Source: an uncultured bacterium (GTDB lineage: Bacteria; Chlamydiota; Chlamydiia; Chlamydiales; SM23-39). From it: DNA of 64,000 nt. Under the pieces are notes generated by a model. The model saw only the letters and a program-made list of their open reading frames with translations. It ran no database searches and had not been told where the DNA came from. A program made the translations under genes and the position numbers. The stretch is from assembly GCA_964415395.1 (NCBI GenBank), contig CAYPZU010000003.1, positions 5,670 to 69,669 on the forward strand. Direction: 5' to 3'. Below are positions 31,168 through 41,013 of the stretch, in pieces (the stretch's first letter is position 1; every line of letters starts with the position of its first letter).

Positions 31168-33468
31168 CTAATACATATCGAACAGCATCTTAAGGCTTTG
31201 ATCGAACAGTTTTTTCCGCTCGCGCCTCTTCGCTTCGTCGATTCTCTGGAGAAATTCAGGAACATCCCCGGCGCGCATCTGGTATTCGCACTGCCGAATG
31301 CAGCGCAAATCGTCGACCGGGTCGTGGATGATCCGCGGCGTAATGAAAATGAACATCTCCGTGTTCGTTTCGGTCGTTTTCGCTGCGCCAAAGAGCTTCC
31401 CGATCCCCGGCAAATCACCCAGGAAAGGAATTTTTTCTCGGCTGTCTTCCTCGATCTTCCTTCTCAATCCGCCGAGAATAATCGTTTCGCCGTCGGCGAC
31501 GCGCACTTCGTTCTCGATATGGCGGCGGGTAACGGGAGGCCGGTCGTTGATCGTCGCCTGCGTCGTGTCGAATTCGAGATTTGTCTGCAGCGATACGAAG
31601 CCAGGGCTGCCCGGTTCGTCCGAATCGGGCATATGGATCGTCGGAGTGAGCAAAATCGTGATCCCGTACTGCGCCCGCGTGAAAGATTGCTCGACCGTGA
31701 CTCCAGCGGTCGTATCGAGCTGGATCGCGCCGTTGTTGATCGAAATCTCTTCTACAATCGATACCGTCGCGGGCGTCTGGTTGATCGCAAGGACAGACGG
31801 GTTGGCGTTGATCCGGATATCTTCCTGCGCCATGAGGAAATTATAGGTCAAATCAACTGCTGGCCAACCGTTGCTCGCGCGGCTGAAGATGTAGCTTAAA
31901 ACGCCTTTGTTGAAAGCCTTCTCGTTGGTGTCGAACGTAATCGCATTCTCTTTTTTGCCGCTCGAATTCGTCCCGAACTGGAGGAGGCTGAACCCGATCT
32001 GCTTCCGGTCGCGGAGTTTCTTCTCGACCAGCAGCACATCGAGCTGCACCATTCTTTTCGGCACATCGAGCCTCTTTAAAAGAGACTTGATCTTGCCCAA
32101 TTCTTCCCTTCGGACAACCATCAGGATCGAAGTCGTCTTGTTGTCGACAATGAAATTTCCGAAAGAGGATTTTTGGCTCTTTTCGATTGTCCCGGGCTGG
32201 ACGAAAGGAGCTCCCGCGGGCAGCACCGGATTGAACGCCGTGCTTCTGTCCGGAAAGGGGAAAACCTGCCCTGGATTCGGCTGATCCTGGGAAGGGACTG
32301 GCGGCGGCGGACCCTGAGGCGGCGGAGCCTCTCCCTTCTTCTCGAAATTCGATCCGATAAGCGAGTCGTAGACTTTCTCCAACACTTCGGCGACGTCTTC
32401 CGGATTCGAATGCTTGCACGCATACCAGTAGATCACTTTTTCGCCCGGATCTTCGAGCTGCCCTTCGAGTTCGGACAGAATCTTTTCGCCCCTTTCCACT
32501 GTGTCGTTTTCGCCGACGAGCACGAGGCCCTGCGGCAGAGTAAGGAACGTCAGCTCATCCGCTCCGGAAGGATAAAAAGTGGGGCGCGTTTTATTCCCGG
32601 GATCGGAAAAGACGGCCTTTAAAACTTTTTCAGCCTCCTGCGCCGTGATCTTGGATAGGCTCACCAGGCGGACAATCTTCCCCTTATTCTGCTCCCAGAC
32701 AGCGTGGTACAGCCCCAAAAGTTTATCTACCGTCTCCTTTGTAGAGACAATCGCCACTTTCGAACCAATCGACTGGATCGTGGTTTGCTTGGGGTCGGAA
32801 AAACGCTCGAAAAACGCCTGCACGGAGCGGATCTGCTCTGGAGGCGGAGAGAAAACATAGAAAAGACGGGCATGGTTGGAAAAAAGCTCGAGATCCGATT
32901 CCCGGTCTACGATCCCCTCGATGGCTGAAGGGTCGAGCTTCAAAATGTAAAGCTGCTTTGCAAACGGATTCAGCTTTTTGACCCCGATGCCGTTTTGGGC
33001 GAGGATCATCTCGATCATCTCGCTCCAGGTTTCATGCGGGAGTGGAATGCTGGAAAACAGGCTGATCTTCATCCCGCTCAATTCCTGGGGGATCACATAG
33101 AGGAAATCGTTTGCGCCGTATTCCATGATCAGCTGGGAAAGAGTCGTCTCTCCCACATCCCATAACGCGTAGGCTTCGTCGCCATGGGCTGCATCCTCGA
33201 CCGAACTCTTCCTCCACTTCTCTTCGAGATGGCGGATTTTGCTTTTCACTCCGCGGACATCGCCCAGGAGCTCTCTGAACTCTGTCTCTTTTCCTCCGGC
33301 GCGCGAAAGTTCGCCCGCTTTCTCGAATTTCTCCCTGAGTTCCGTCTTGTAAGAAGAGAGTGTGTCGTTAAATGCCTGGGCCCCTTCCATGTCGGCGCTT
33401 AAAACGGCCCCGTTTCCCAATAGCGCCCCGGCGCAAATGATCCCTGCAAAGAGAAACACCCTTTTCAT
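31168..33468 (-). CDS. gspD: type II secretion secretin
   Basis: It has a signal peptide, N-domains and the C-terminal secretin core (TIILGGLRRKIEEDSREKIPFLGDLPGIGKLFG). Confidence 0.9.
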   Translation of the reverse strand: MKRVFLFAGIICAGALLGNGAVLSADMEGAQAFNDTLSSYKTELREKFEKAGELSRAGGKETEFRELLGDVRGVKSKIRHLEEKWRKSSVEDAAHGDEAYALWDVGETTLSQLIMEYGANDFLYVIPQELSGMKISLFSSIPLPHETWSEMIEMILAQNGIGVKKLNPFAKQLYILKLDPSAIEGIVDRESDLELFSNHARLFYVFSPPPEQIRSVQAFFERFSDPKQTTIQSIGSKVAIVSTKETVDKLLGLYHAVWEQNKGKIVRLVSLSKITAQEAEKVLKAVFSDPGNKTRPTFYPSGADELTFLTLPQGLVLVGENDTVERGEKILSELEGQLEDPGEKVIYWYACKHSNPEDVAEVLEKVYDSLIGSNFEKKGEAPPPQGPPPPVPSQDQPNPGQVFPFPDRSTAFNPVLPAGAPFVQPGTIEKSQKSSFGNFIVDNKTTSILMVVRREELGKIKSLLKRLDVPKRMVQLDVLLVEKKLRDRKQIGFSLLQFGTNSSGKKENAITFDTNEKAFNKGVLSYIFSRASNGWPAVDLTYNFLMAQEDIRINANPSVLAINQTPATVSIVEEISINNGAIQLDTTAGVTVEQSFTRAQYGITILLTPTIHMPDSDEPGSPGFVSLQTNLEFDTTQATINDRPPVTRRHIENEVRVADGETIILGGLRRKIEEDSREKIPFLGDLPGIGKLFGAAKTTETNTEMFIFITPRIIHDPVDDLRCIRQCEYQMRAGDVPEFLQRIDEAKRRERKKLFDQSLKMLFDMY

Positions 33469-34697
33469 CGAGGCCTCCCTTTCCGCGCAGGCTTATCGGC
33501 AGATTCCTTTGCATAAAACGATTTCCGCATCGAATGCGCAGGGAGCTCCACCTGGACGGCCTGGGAGCGGCCTGGGTTGAAAAATTGTCCTCGGATGAGT
33601 TTCTGCCCCTGCTTCAATTCAATGCCCTCAAAGACGAATAGGTCTCCAAACAATTTGCCATTTAGGTAGCTTTCCCGCTCTTCTTTTTTCCTGAGGATCT
33701 TCCATTTCCCTTCATTTTTCAAAATCCAGTCGCCGGTTTTCAAAATCAGGCATTGTTTTTCAAGCATGCAGCTGATCTGTTTATCGGATCGGATCCGGAT
33801 CGAGGAGAACATCTCGTCTCCCTTGATCTTGAATGAAGGGCCTGCCGAGGGGGCAAGCGAAAGACGCACATGGGAATCGGCGTCCCACCCTTCAAGGACG
33901 AGGCATTTTCCCTGAACCGAATCAATCCTGGCAATCGGTTTTTTCCCATCGGCCGGATAAGGGCTTTTCTGCCATTTGCCCTCTTGCCACACCAGCCACT
34001 CTCCTTCCCGGATTTCAGCCAGTTCGCCATTGGGGAGGGCCCCGATTTCAAGCCGCTCGAACAAAACCCCGTCGCCGAATTTTTCCCGGAAAAGATCTTT
34101 TCCCCACCAGCGGGCTTCGCCCAAATGCCGAAACGGGCTCCCTTCCGCAAATTCCTGCGCGCTTTGGATCGGGCTCTCTTGCGGAGCTGCGAAAAAAGGA
34201 ACTCCTTCGATTTTCCCCTCGGGCGGGCAATCGATGAACACCTTCCCCTCGATCTGCCCTCCCGGAGCGGGAGATAATTCGACCCAAAAAGAAGATTCTC
34301 CTGGATGGAACAGGAGGGTTTCTCCGTCCGCGAATTGCAAATCGAGCCGGCAGGGAAGGCTAACCCGTTTTGATTGCGCCCCTCTCTTCAGCCGAACCAT
34401 CAGCTGCTGCTGCCTCGCAGCTCCGTCAGGCCGGGGCGGGTCGTAAGAGAATGAGATCTCGCCATCGAGGCGGGGAATCGGCAGCGCCGAAGGATTTGCG
34501 CACCCTCCCAGAACAAACTGGATTGGCGCCCCCTTTCTTTCCCCGTTGGAAAAACTTTTGGCCGTCTCGAATGCAGCCCCTCCGCCTGAAATCATAATCC
34601 ATAGAGGAAGCTCGATCGCAATAACGCCGGCCAAAATTGCGAAGCCGATCCATAGAATTCTGTCTGGATGAAAGAGGAGGCGGTTCTGGAAGGCCAT
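33465..34697 (-). CDS. bitopic membrane protein in the gspC position (GspC-like candidate)
   Basis: It has a single N-terminal TM segment (ILWIGFAILAGVIAIELPLWIMI) and forms an ATGA overlap with the gspD start. I saw no PDZ-like motif. Confidence 0.45.
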   Translation of the reverse strand: MAFQNRLLFHPDRILWIGFAILAGVIAIELPLWIMISGGGAAFETAKSFSNGERKGAPIQFVLGGCANPSALPIPRLDGEISFSYDPPRPDGAARQQQLMVRLKRGAQSKRVSLPCRLDLQFADGETLLFHPGESSFWVELSPAPGGQIEGKVFIDCPPEGKIEGVPFFAAPQESPIQSAQEFAEGSPFRHLGEARWWGKDLFREKFGDGVLFERLEIGALPNGELAEIREGEWLVWQEGKWQKSPYPADGKKPIARIDSVQGKCLVLEGWDADSHVRLSLAPSAGPSFKIKGDEMFSSIRIRSDKQISCMLEKQCLILKTGDWILKNEGKWKILRKKEERESYLNGKLFGDLFVFEGIELKQGQKLIRGQFFNPGRSQAVQVELPAHSMRKSFYAKESADKPARKGRPR

Positions 34698-34777
34698 TAT
34701 TATTTCATTCCCAAAGCATCACAGGAGTTTAGGAGATCGAATAAAAAAAGATAAAGCTTGAACAAACAACGATTGAA

Positions 34778-34795
34778 TGTCAAGAGGATGTGACA
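34778..34795. promoter_or_regulatory. TGTCA-N8-TGACA inverted repeat in the divergent promoter region between the T2SS operon and ORF 34891
   Basis: The sequence TGTCAagaggatgTGACA is read directly. Half-sites and spacing are identical to 14766..14783. Confidence 0.35.
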
Positions 34796-34890
34796 AAAAA
34801 TCTCTCTAAAAAGAGGCTTCTCCGGGATTGCAAATAATTTTATTAAACGTTTAAATACGGGATAAGGCTGAATCTCGGAGGAACGCCTAT

Positions 34891-35343
34891 ATGGACAAGA
34901 AAGACATCATGGGAAAACTAAAAGACGGGATTTCAGTCCAGGAAATGGAAGATTTCGCCCGAAAATACGTGACGGAAATCTTCACAGTCGCCGCGATTGC
35001 GATTGGCGCAATCTCCAGCATGTTCGATTTTTTTACAGGCCCAAGCCTTACGATTCTCTTTCTTGCGATTGGCGCGATCATCGGGATTTTCTTCCCCTCG
35101 CAAACGGAAAAAGGGCTGAAGCAGATCTACACTTTCGCATTTAAGCAGGAGAAGATGACCCAGATGATTCTCGGCGGCGTGAAAATCGTCGTCGCTCTGT
35201 TCATCCCCTTCCTTCTGTTCGGATTGATCGGCCTGCTCGCCGGCACCTCGTACCATTATTACACCCGCCACGCGCAGATGATGGGCGACGCGAAATCATC
35301 CAAAAAGATCCCGCGCCCCTCGCTCGATGACGAGCACGACTGA
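34891..35343 (+). CDS. hypothetical membrane protein (3-4 TM)
   Basis: 150 aa with hydrophobic segments (IFTVAAIAIGAISSMF, LTILFLAIGAIIGIFF, IVVALFIPFLLFGLIGLLAG). The start has an SD (GGAGGaacgcctatATG). Confidence 0.6.
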   Translation: MDKKDIMGKLKDGISVQEMEDFARKYVTEIFTVAAIAIGAISSMFDFFTGPSLTILFLAIGAIIGIFFPSQTEKGLKQIYTFAFKQEKMTQMILGGVKIVVALFIPFLLFGLIGLLAGTSYHYYTRHAQMMGDAKSSKKIPRPSLDDEHD

Positions 35344-35346
35344 TCT

Positions 35347-36039
35347 CTAAAGACTCTTCTTCCGCTCGGCGATGTAGGAGTTCAGGTCGATCTTTTTCTC
35401 CGAAAAGCTGCCCAAAACCAGGTCGGACACAGCCGACTTGGGCTGCAGAAACGCTTCAAGCTCTTCCCACGCCGCTTTTTCACCCGGCCTGTTTCTGAGC
35501 TCCTGCTGCAGAAAAGCGATCCTCAGCAAGTTGTGCGCATAGAGAAGCGCGCCTCCAGCCAGCGAATCGCTTTGGAAAGATCCGCTCATCTGCTCTTTGA
35601 GCCGCACCGCTTTTTCCAGAGCCTCCTGATAAGACCCCTGCTCGATCAAAAGAGAACCGGCCGCAAACGCAGTATGGTAAGGGACTTCGTCCTTCACCCG
35701 GGCCAGGCTCTTTCCTGCGAGTTTCAGAGCGTCCTCCGTCCTCTCGACGTCGAGCAGTTTTTGCACGATCACAGCCTCGTATTTTTTCTGCAAAGCTGGA
35801 ACTTTGCGCACGGCATCCCTCATTTTCTCATAGAGATCTTGATCGCTTGGCGCCGCTTGCCATCGATTGAACGCTTCCTGAGCTTGCGCATATGCGGCAG
35901 CTTTCGGCCCTGACTGGAAATAAACAATCAGAATCGAGATTCCCGCCAGAACAGAAACCGTTCCGATCAAGATCTCTTTCTTTTTCAATAGCAGCGTCTG
36001 GATCCAGGAAGAAGCTTCCAATTCGATCACTTTGCTCAT
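35347..36039 (-). CDS. membrane-anchored helical-repeat (TPR-like, YfgM-like architecture) protein
   Basis: 230 aa with one TM segment (ILIGTVSVLAGISILIVYF) followed by an all-helical domain. The family call is weak. Confidence 0.5.
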   Translation of the reverse strand: MSKVIELEASSWIQTLLLKKKEILIGTVSVLAGISILIVYFQSGPKAAAYAQAQEAFNRWQAAPSDQDLYEKMRDAVRKVPALQKKYEAVIVQKLLDVERTEDALKLAGKSLARVKDEVPYHTAFAAGSLLIEQGSYQEALEKAVRLKEQMSGSFQSDSLAGGALLYAHNLLRIAFLQQELRNRPGEKAAWEELEAFLQPKSAVSDLVLGSFSEKKIDLNSYIAERKKSL

Positions 36040-36235
36040 AGACGACCCCGTTTAATTCGAAGAAATTCTATCGCTTGGAACTTTTCCCCACAATTCGAAA
36101 AGTCCATCGCGCGTCTTGCGCCAAGGGATTTTTTAAAAAAATCTTGATTTAAAATTAATTTTTTACGCACGATTGAGTCCATCAAGAATTTCCTGATATC
36201 GGGATTCCAAAAATCAAAAAACAAAGGAGTTAAGA

Positions 36236-36763
36236 ATGAAAATGCGGGCTTTGGGAATCGCAATCGCGAGCCTTTTTCTAACCTCTTCGCTGATGGCTCA
36301 GACGCCGTCTTCCAGCTCATCGGCAAACATTTACAGCCAGGTGAACCAAACCATTCTTCCGAACGGGACTGTAAAATTCGAGGGAATCAACGTCCAAAAT
36401 TCCAAAATCAATACCTCGGCCGCCGCTACAACAGGCGCAGTCACCTTCACATCGAACGCGGTCTACCTCATCACATACAAACTGGAATGCCACCTCACTC
36501 CGCCCTTTCCAATCCCTGTGCCGGCTTTCTCTTTCGGCCTGACATTGAATAACAATGTGGTTCCGGGAAGCGTTTCAGGCGATTACATCACCTCTCCTAA
36601 TGAAATCGTCCGGGTCATTACAGGTTCGGTTGTTGTGAAAGTGAATTCGGGGCAAACTCTCCGACTGGTCAACACCTCTCTGAATCCTGTTGACCTGATC
36701 GCTGACGCTTATGGATCGAGCGTACGGCTGGCTTCAGCTTCGATCACCTTCTCTGCGATGTAA
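36236..36763 (+). CDS. secreted protein with C1q/TNF-like (BclA C-terminal-like) jelly-roll pattern
   Basis: It has a signal peptide (MKMRALGIAIASLFLTSSLMAQ) and a Ser-rich linker. Strand patterns follow: VTFTSNAVYLITYKLE, FSFGLTLNNNVVPGSVSG, GSVVVKVNSGQTLRLVN and ASASITF. A good SD is present (AAAGGAGttaagaATG). Confidence 0.6.
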   Translation: MKMRALGIAIASLFLTSSLMAQTPSSSSSANIYSQVNQTILPNGTVKFEGINVQNSKINTSAAATTGAVTFTSNAVYLITYKLECHLTPPFPIPVPAFSFGLTLNNNVVPGSVSGDYITSPNEIVRVITGSVVVKVNSGQTLRLVNTSLNPVDLIADAYGSSVRLASASITFSAM

Positions 36764-36774
36764 TTTTCGTCTCA

Positions 36775-36796
36775 GCCCCTGCGCATTTGCGGGGGC
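36775..36796. terminator. bidirectional hairpin between convergent genes (C1q-like gene and copA)
   Basis: GCCCCTGC-GCATTT-GCGGGGGC forms an 8-bp stem with one G-U pair. It lies 12 nt after the plus-strand stop and 7 nt after the copA stop. Confidence 0.5.
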
Positions 36797-36802
36797 ATTC
36801 AT

Positions 36803-38824
36803 TTAAATTTTGGCTCTTTTCAGCCTCAGCGAATTCACTACGACCGACAAAGAACTCAGCGTCATCGCCGCGCTGGCCAAAACAGGACTCATCAAGATCC
36901 CGAAAAAGGGATAAAAAATCCCTGCGGCGACCGGCACTCCCAGCGAATTATAGAGGAAAGCAAACCAAAGGTTCTGCCGGATATTTTTCAACACTTCGCG
37001 GCTTAAAGATCTCGCAGACGCGATCCCTCGCAAATCTCCCTTTACAAGCGTTGCCTGCGCGCTCTCCATCGCAATGTCGGCACCCGTTCCCATCGCGATT
37101 CCCACATCGGCCTGAGCCAGGGCCGGCGCATCGTTGATCCCGTCGCCAGCCATCGCCACCAGATGCCCCTCATTCTGCAGCTTCCTGACGACCTTGCTTT
37201 TCTCCTCGGGCAAAACCCCTCCCATCGCCAGATCGATTCCCAGTTTTTTGCCGACCGCTTCTGCGACTTTCTGCCGATCTCCCGATACAAGAGCGATCTT
37301 CACGCCTTCCCGATGGAGTCTTTCAACCGCCTCAAAAGAAGAAGGCTTTATTGGATCGGAGACGCTTAATATTCCCGCCAGCTTGCCGCCCCATGAGGCG
37401 AAAAATACCGAATGGCCTTCGCTTTCCAGTCTTTGAATTTCCCCTGCCAAAGGAGCCAGATCGATCCCGCTATCGGTGAAATATCTCTCGTTTCCAATCG
37501 CCATCTCTTTTCCTTTGACCGTTCCCGACACGCCCCTCCCTGGCGCAGCCCGGAATTGATCTACTGGAACCAGATCGAGATTCATTTCGCGCGCCTTTTC
37601 TAGAACCGCCTTCGAGATCGGATGCTCGCTCGCCGCCTCCAGGCTCGCTGCCAATTGAAGAAACAGTCCTTTCTCCATCCCCGCCGCCGGAACGATTTCC
37701 TCGAGCTTGGCTTTCCCTTCGGTCAAAGTTCCCGTTTTATCGACGACCAGCCAATCGACAGAACACAATTTTTCAAGGGCGGCCCCATTCTTGATCAGGA
37801 TTCCCTGCTTCGCTCCCAGTCCGATCCCGACAGTTAAAGAGAGGGGAGTGGCCAATCCCAGCGCGCAAGGGCAGGCGATGATGAGGACGGCTACAGCATT
37901 GATGATCCCATGAGCAAGCTTGGGCTCCGGCCCCCACAAAACCCAGACGGCGAATGTGGAAATTGCAATCAGGATGACAGCCGGAACGAAATAGGACGAA
38001 ACTCTGTCGGCCAGATTCTGGATCGGCGCGCGGCTCGCCTGCGCTTCTTTCACAAGACGGACGATTTGAAATAAAAGAGTATCTTCGCCTACGCGGACCG
38101 CTTCCATGACGAACCCGCCTGCGCCATTTAATGAAGCCCCCGAAACTCTATCCCCCTTTTGCTTCTCCGCGAAAAGGGATTCCCCTGTAATCATCGATTC
38201 GTCGATGGATGAGAATCCTTCTGCGATCACACCGTCCACAGGGATCCTTTCTCCAGGGCGGACTCTCAGCAGGTCTCCCTTTTTCACATCGTGCACCGGG
38301 ATCGTTTTTTCGGTTCCGTCAGGGAGGAGCAGGCGAGCCGTTTCCGGGATCAGCGCGAGAAGCTCGCGGATCGCCGCGTTCGTTTTTTTTCTCGCCCTCA
38401 ACTCTAAAACTTGGCCCAGCAAGACCAGCACGGTAATCCCCGCAGCAGCCTCGAAATACAAGTCGAGATGGTTCCAAAGAGCGAAAAGACTGTAGAAATA
38501 AGCCGCGCCCACTCCGATCGAAATCAAAGTGAACATATTGAGACTCCGGAAAACGATCGATTTCCATCCGCGGACGAAAAGAGGAAGCGCCCCCCATAAA
38601 ACAACCGGGCTTGCCAAAACAGCTTGCAGCGGGGGAGAGATCTGCATCGAAAACAGGAGCGGAAGCGAAAGAACAAGGCAGACCCAAAAACGGACGGTCC
38701 AGCTTTTCAGCTCCCGGTCTTCCTCGGACACAGGAATCCACGGTTCTAAAGACATCCCGCAAATAGGACAAATCCCAGGCCCCTCTTGCCGGATCTGAGG
38801 GTGCATGGGACAGGTATAGATCAT
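36803..38824 (-). CDS. copA: copper-translocating P1B-type ATPase
   Basis: CPC ([13 protein letters not shown]), DKTGTLT and [10 protein letters not shown] are present, along with TGES (SMITGESL). The N-terminus is a Cys-rich metal-binding module, [26 protein letters not shown], rather than a classical GMTCxxC HMA domain. Confidence 0.9.
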   Translation of the reverse strand: MIYTCPMHPQIRQEGPGICPICGMSLEPWIPVSEEDRELKSWTVRFWVCLVLSLPLLFSMQISPPLQAVLASPVVLWGALPLFVRGWKSIVFRSLNMFTLISIGVGAAYFYSLFALWNHLDLYFEAAAGITVLVLLGQVLELRARKKTNAAIRELLALIPETARLLLPDGTEKTIPVHDVKKGDLLRVRPGERIPVDGVIAEGFSSIDESMITGESLFAEKQKGDRVSGASLNGAGGFVMEAVRVGEDTLLFQIVRLVKEAQASRAPIQNLADRVSSYFVPAVILIAISTFAVWVLWGPEPKLAHGIINAVAVLIIACPCALGLATPLSLTVGIGLGAKQGILIKNGAALEKLCSVDWLVVDKTGTLTEGKAKLEEIVPAAGMEKGLFLQLAASLEAASEHPISKAVLEKAREMNLDLVPVDQFRAAPGRGVSGTVKGKEMAIGNERYFTDSGIDLAPLAGEIQRLESEGHSVFFASWGGKLAGILSVSDPIKPSSFEAVERLHREGVKIALVSGDRQKVAEAVGKKLGIDLAMGGVLPEEKSKVVRKLQNEGHLVAMAGDGINDAPALAQADVGIAMGTGADIAMESAQATLVKGDLRGIASARSLSREVLKNIRQNLWFAFLYNSLGVPVAAGIFYPFFGILMSPVLASAAMTLSSLSVVVNSLRLKRAKI

Positions 38825-39930
38825 TCAGCCAAGACCTGTTTGTAAGCCTTTTCCATCTCGTCGAGAGTATGCCGGAAGGTAAAATGCCCTTCGACAAGCT
38901 CCCTGGCCTTCCTTCCCAATTGAGAGCGCAATTCCCCATTTTCTTTCAACCGGATAACGGCTTGGGCGACCTGATCCGGAGAAAAAGGAGCCACTTGAAA
39001 ACCCGTCTCTCCATCCAAGCACACCTCTCCAAGCCCCCCCACTGCAGTGGCGATCAAAGGCTTCGCCAGAAACGCCGCTTGCAGAATCGCCTGCGAGACT
39101 CCTTCATGAGCCGTGCTCAGCAGCGCAAACGCATCGAGTCCGGCAAGCGCCGGAAAGGGATTGGCCAAATGCCCTGTGAATTGGACGATGCCGTCAAGCT
39201 TCAGCTCCTTCGCCCTCTGCCGATACGTTTCCGCGTGCCCGCCGCCGATAATCACCCACTTTAATCCAGGAGTTTCTCTCAACCGGTCGGCCGCCTTCAG
39301 AAAATCGTCGATCCCTTTCCAGGAGCGCATAAAACAGGCGGTTCCCACAAGAAACTCTTCCGACTTCGCGCCGATCTCCTCCCTGAACCGCTTCGACTCA
39401 GAAGCGCTGACCACAATCCGGGAGGGATCGACCCCCGTGGCCACCGAACGGCAAAGCTCGATCTTTTTTCCAGACTGGCTGCAGATCATCGGGATGATCC
39501 CTTTGCAGGTCGTAACGACGAAATCGGCCAGCCTTCCATATAAAAGACGGCTATTCCATCCGGCCTTAATCGGAGTTGAAAGATGCCGGGTCCGCACGAC
39601 AGGCCGGCGGGCGATCCGTGCAGCAATCCCCCCGATCCATCCATCCAGCGACGAATGGGTATTCACAACGTCGATCCGGTGGCGCAAAATAATCCAGAGC
39701 AGCTGCAGCAGACAGATCGGCCAGGCCGGCTGGCGGAAATTCAGCTCATAAACTGTAAATCCAGCTTTGCGCGCCTGCTCGACCAACCCGCCGCCCCGCA
39801 TCACCCCCATCACAACGCGATGGCCCCTTTGAACCATCCCCTCCGATTCGCGGAGGATCCGGATCTCCTGTCCGCCCCAGCCGGGCGACGCCTCTAAATG
39901 TAAGATTTGCATGGGCTTCCGCATTTTCAC
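38821..39930 (-). CDS. GT4-family (GT-B fold) glycosyltransferase
   Basis: The N-terminus is typical ([16 protein letters not shown]), and the C-terminal EX7E-type region reads [34 protein letters not shown]. Candidate starts are GTG 39930 or ATG 39912. The stop forms an ATGA overlap with copA. Confidence 0.8.
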   Translation of the reverse strand: MKMRKPMQILHLEASPGWGGQEIRILRESEGMVQRGHRVVMGVMRGGGLVEQARKAGFTVYELNFRQPAWPICLLQLLWIILRHRIDVVNTHSSLDGWIGGIAARIARRPVVRTRHLSTPIKAGWNSRLLYGRLADFVVTTCKGIIPMICSQSGKKIELCRSVATGVDPSRIVVSASESKRFREEIGAKSEEFLVGTACFMRSWKGIDDFLKAADRLRETPGLKWVIIGGGHAETYRQRAKELKLDGIVQFTGHLANPFPALAGLDAFALLSTAHEGVSQAILQAAFLAKPLIATAVGGLGEVCLDGETGFQVAPFSPDQVAQAVIRLKENGELRSQLGRKARELVEGHFTFRHTLDEMEKAYKQVLAE

Positions 39931-40964
39931 GAAGTTAAAGAGTTCTCTTTTATAATTGCAACCTTCAGAATTTTTCTATGTCCTGAAGAAAACGGCAGCT
40001 CATGAAGCCTCTCTTTTTCAATCCAGATATGGCCGGCCACTTCCCGCATCTCGGCGCGAACCATAAACGGCTTCAGATAGGCTTTGAACCGGGTGAATGT
40101 ATGAGTCACTTCAGGAAGGCGCCTGATAACCCGCCACTGTTTAAAGCCGAGCCTGAAATTCTCCGTCCTCTCTTCAGTGTAAGGAAATTCGTACAAATCG
40201 GCCATCACGCGCCCCGCTTCGCCCTTTCTGACCAGCACTTTCCCTTCGGCTTCGATCCAAAAAACAATCCGATCCAGCTCGATTGTCTTCGCCTCTTCAT
40301 TTTTGATCGGAAGCGCTTCGGCTTTCCGCTCTGAAAACGCCTTGCAGCCCGATTGAAGCGGACACCCCTCGCAGCGGGGCCTTGGTGCGCAATGGGTCGC
40401 CCCCAGTTCGATCAGCGCCTCTGCAGTCACCCACGGCTCCTTCTCATCCAAAAGCCTTTCCGCTCTCGCCTGAAGCTCTCTCTTCACAGCCGCTTTGGAC
40501 ACATTCTCCTCGATGAGGAAATAACGGCTGAGAACCCGGACGACATTCCCGTCGACCGCAGCAGCCCGCTTGTGGAATCCAAAACTTAAAATCGCTCCTA
40601 CCGTGTAAGGGCCCAGCCCGCGGATCGATTCGAGATCTTCTTTCCGATCTGGAATTTCGCCGCCAAACCTCTCGGCAATTTCTCTCGCCCCCGCATGCAA
40701 ATTTCTCGCGCGGCTGTAATATCCGAGCCCCTCCCACGCCTTGATCACCGCGTCCAAAGGCGCTGCCGCCAACGCTTCCACATCCGGGAATCGCTCCATC
40801 CAGCGCTCAAAATAGGGGATGACGACCGCGGCGCGCGTCTGCTGCAGCATCACCTCGGAAATCCATACCCGGTAGGGGGTCTTTTCCCGGCGCCAGGGAA
40901 AATCCCTCCGATTCCGCTCAAACCACAGGTGCAATTCCTTCATAGAAAAAACCCAATTCTGCAA
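39927..40964 (-). CDS. mutY: A/G-specific adenine DNA glycosylase
   Basis: The HhH-GPD core reads PYRVWISEVMLQQTRAAVVIPYFERW and LGYYSRARNL. The 4Fe-4S Cys cluster is present (CAPRPRCEGCPLQSGC), followed by a NUDIX-like C-terminal domain. An alternative start is ATG 40943. Confidence 0.9.
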   Translation of the reverse strand: MQNWVFSMKELHLWFERNRRDFPWRREKTPYRVWISEVMLQQTRAAVVIPYFERWMERFPDVEALAAAPLDAVIKAWEGLGYYSRARNLHAGAREIAERFGGEIPDRKEDLESIRGLGPYTVGAILSFGFHKRAAAVDGNVVRVLSRYFLIEENVSKAAVKRELQARAERLLDEKEPWVTAEALIELGATHCAPRPRCEGCPLQSGCKAFSERKAEALPIKNEEAKTIELDRIVFWIEAEGKVLVRKGEAGRVMADLYEFPYTEERTENFRLGFKQWRVIRRLPEVTHTFTRFKAYLKPFMVRAEMREVAGHIWIEKERLHELPFSSGHRKILKVAIIKENSLTS

Positions 40965-40975
40965 TGATAGATCTT

Positions 40976-41013
40976 ATGAACCTATAACCCCTCTACTTTG
41001 CGGATAGATTCAT
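40976..41013. repeat. short copy of the 9167..9298 element, ending on the ATG of the first TagF-like gene
   Basis: The sequence is ATGAACCTATAACCCCTCTACTTTGCGGATAGATTCAT. It shares TATGAACCTAT and ACCC.TC.TA.TTTGCGGATAG.TTC with the first locus. The arms GAACCTAT/ATAGATTC pair with one mismatch. Confidence 0.6.
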
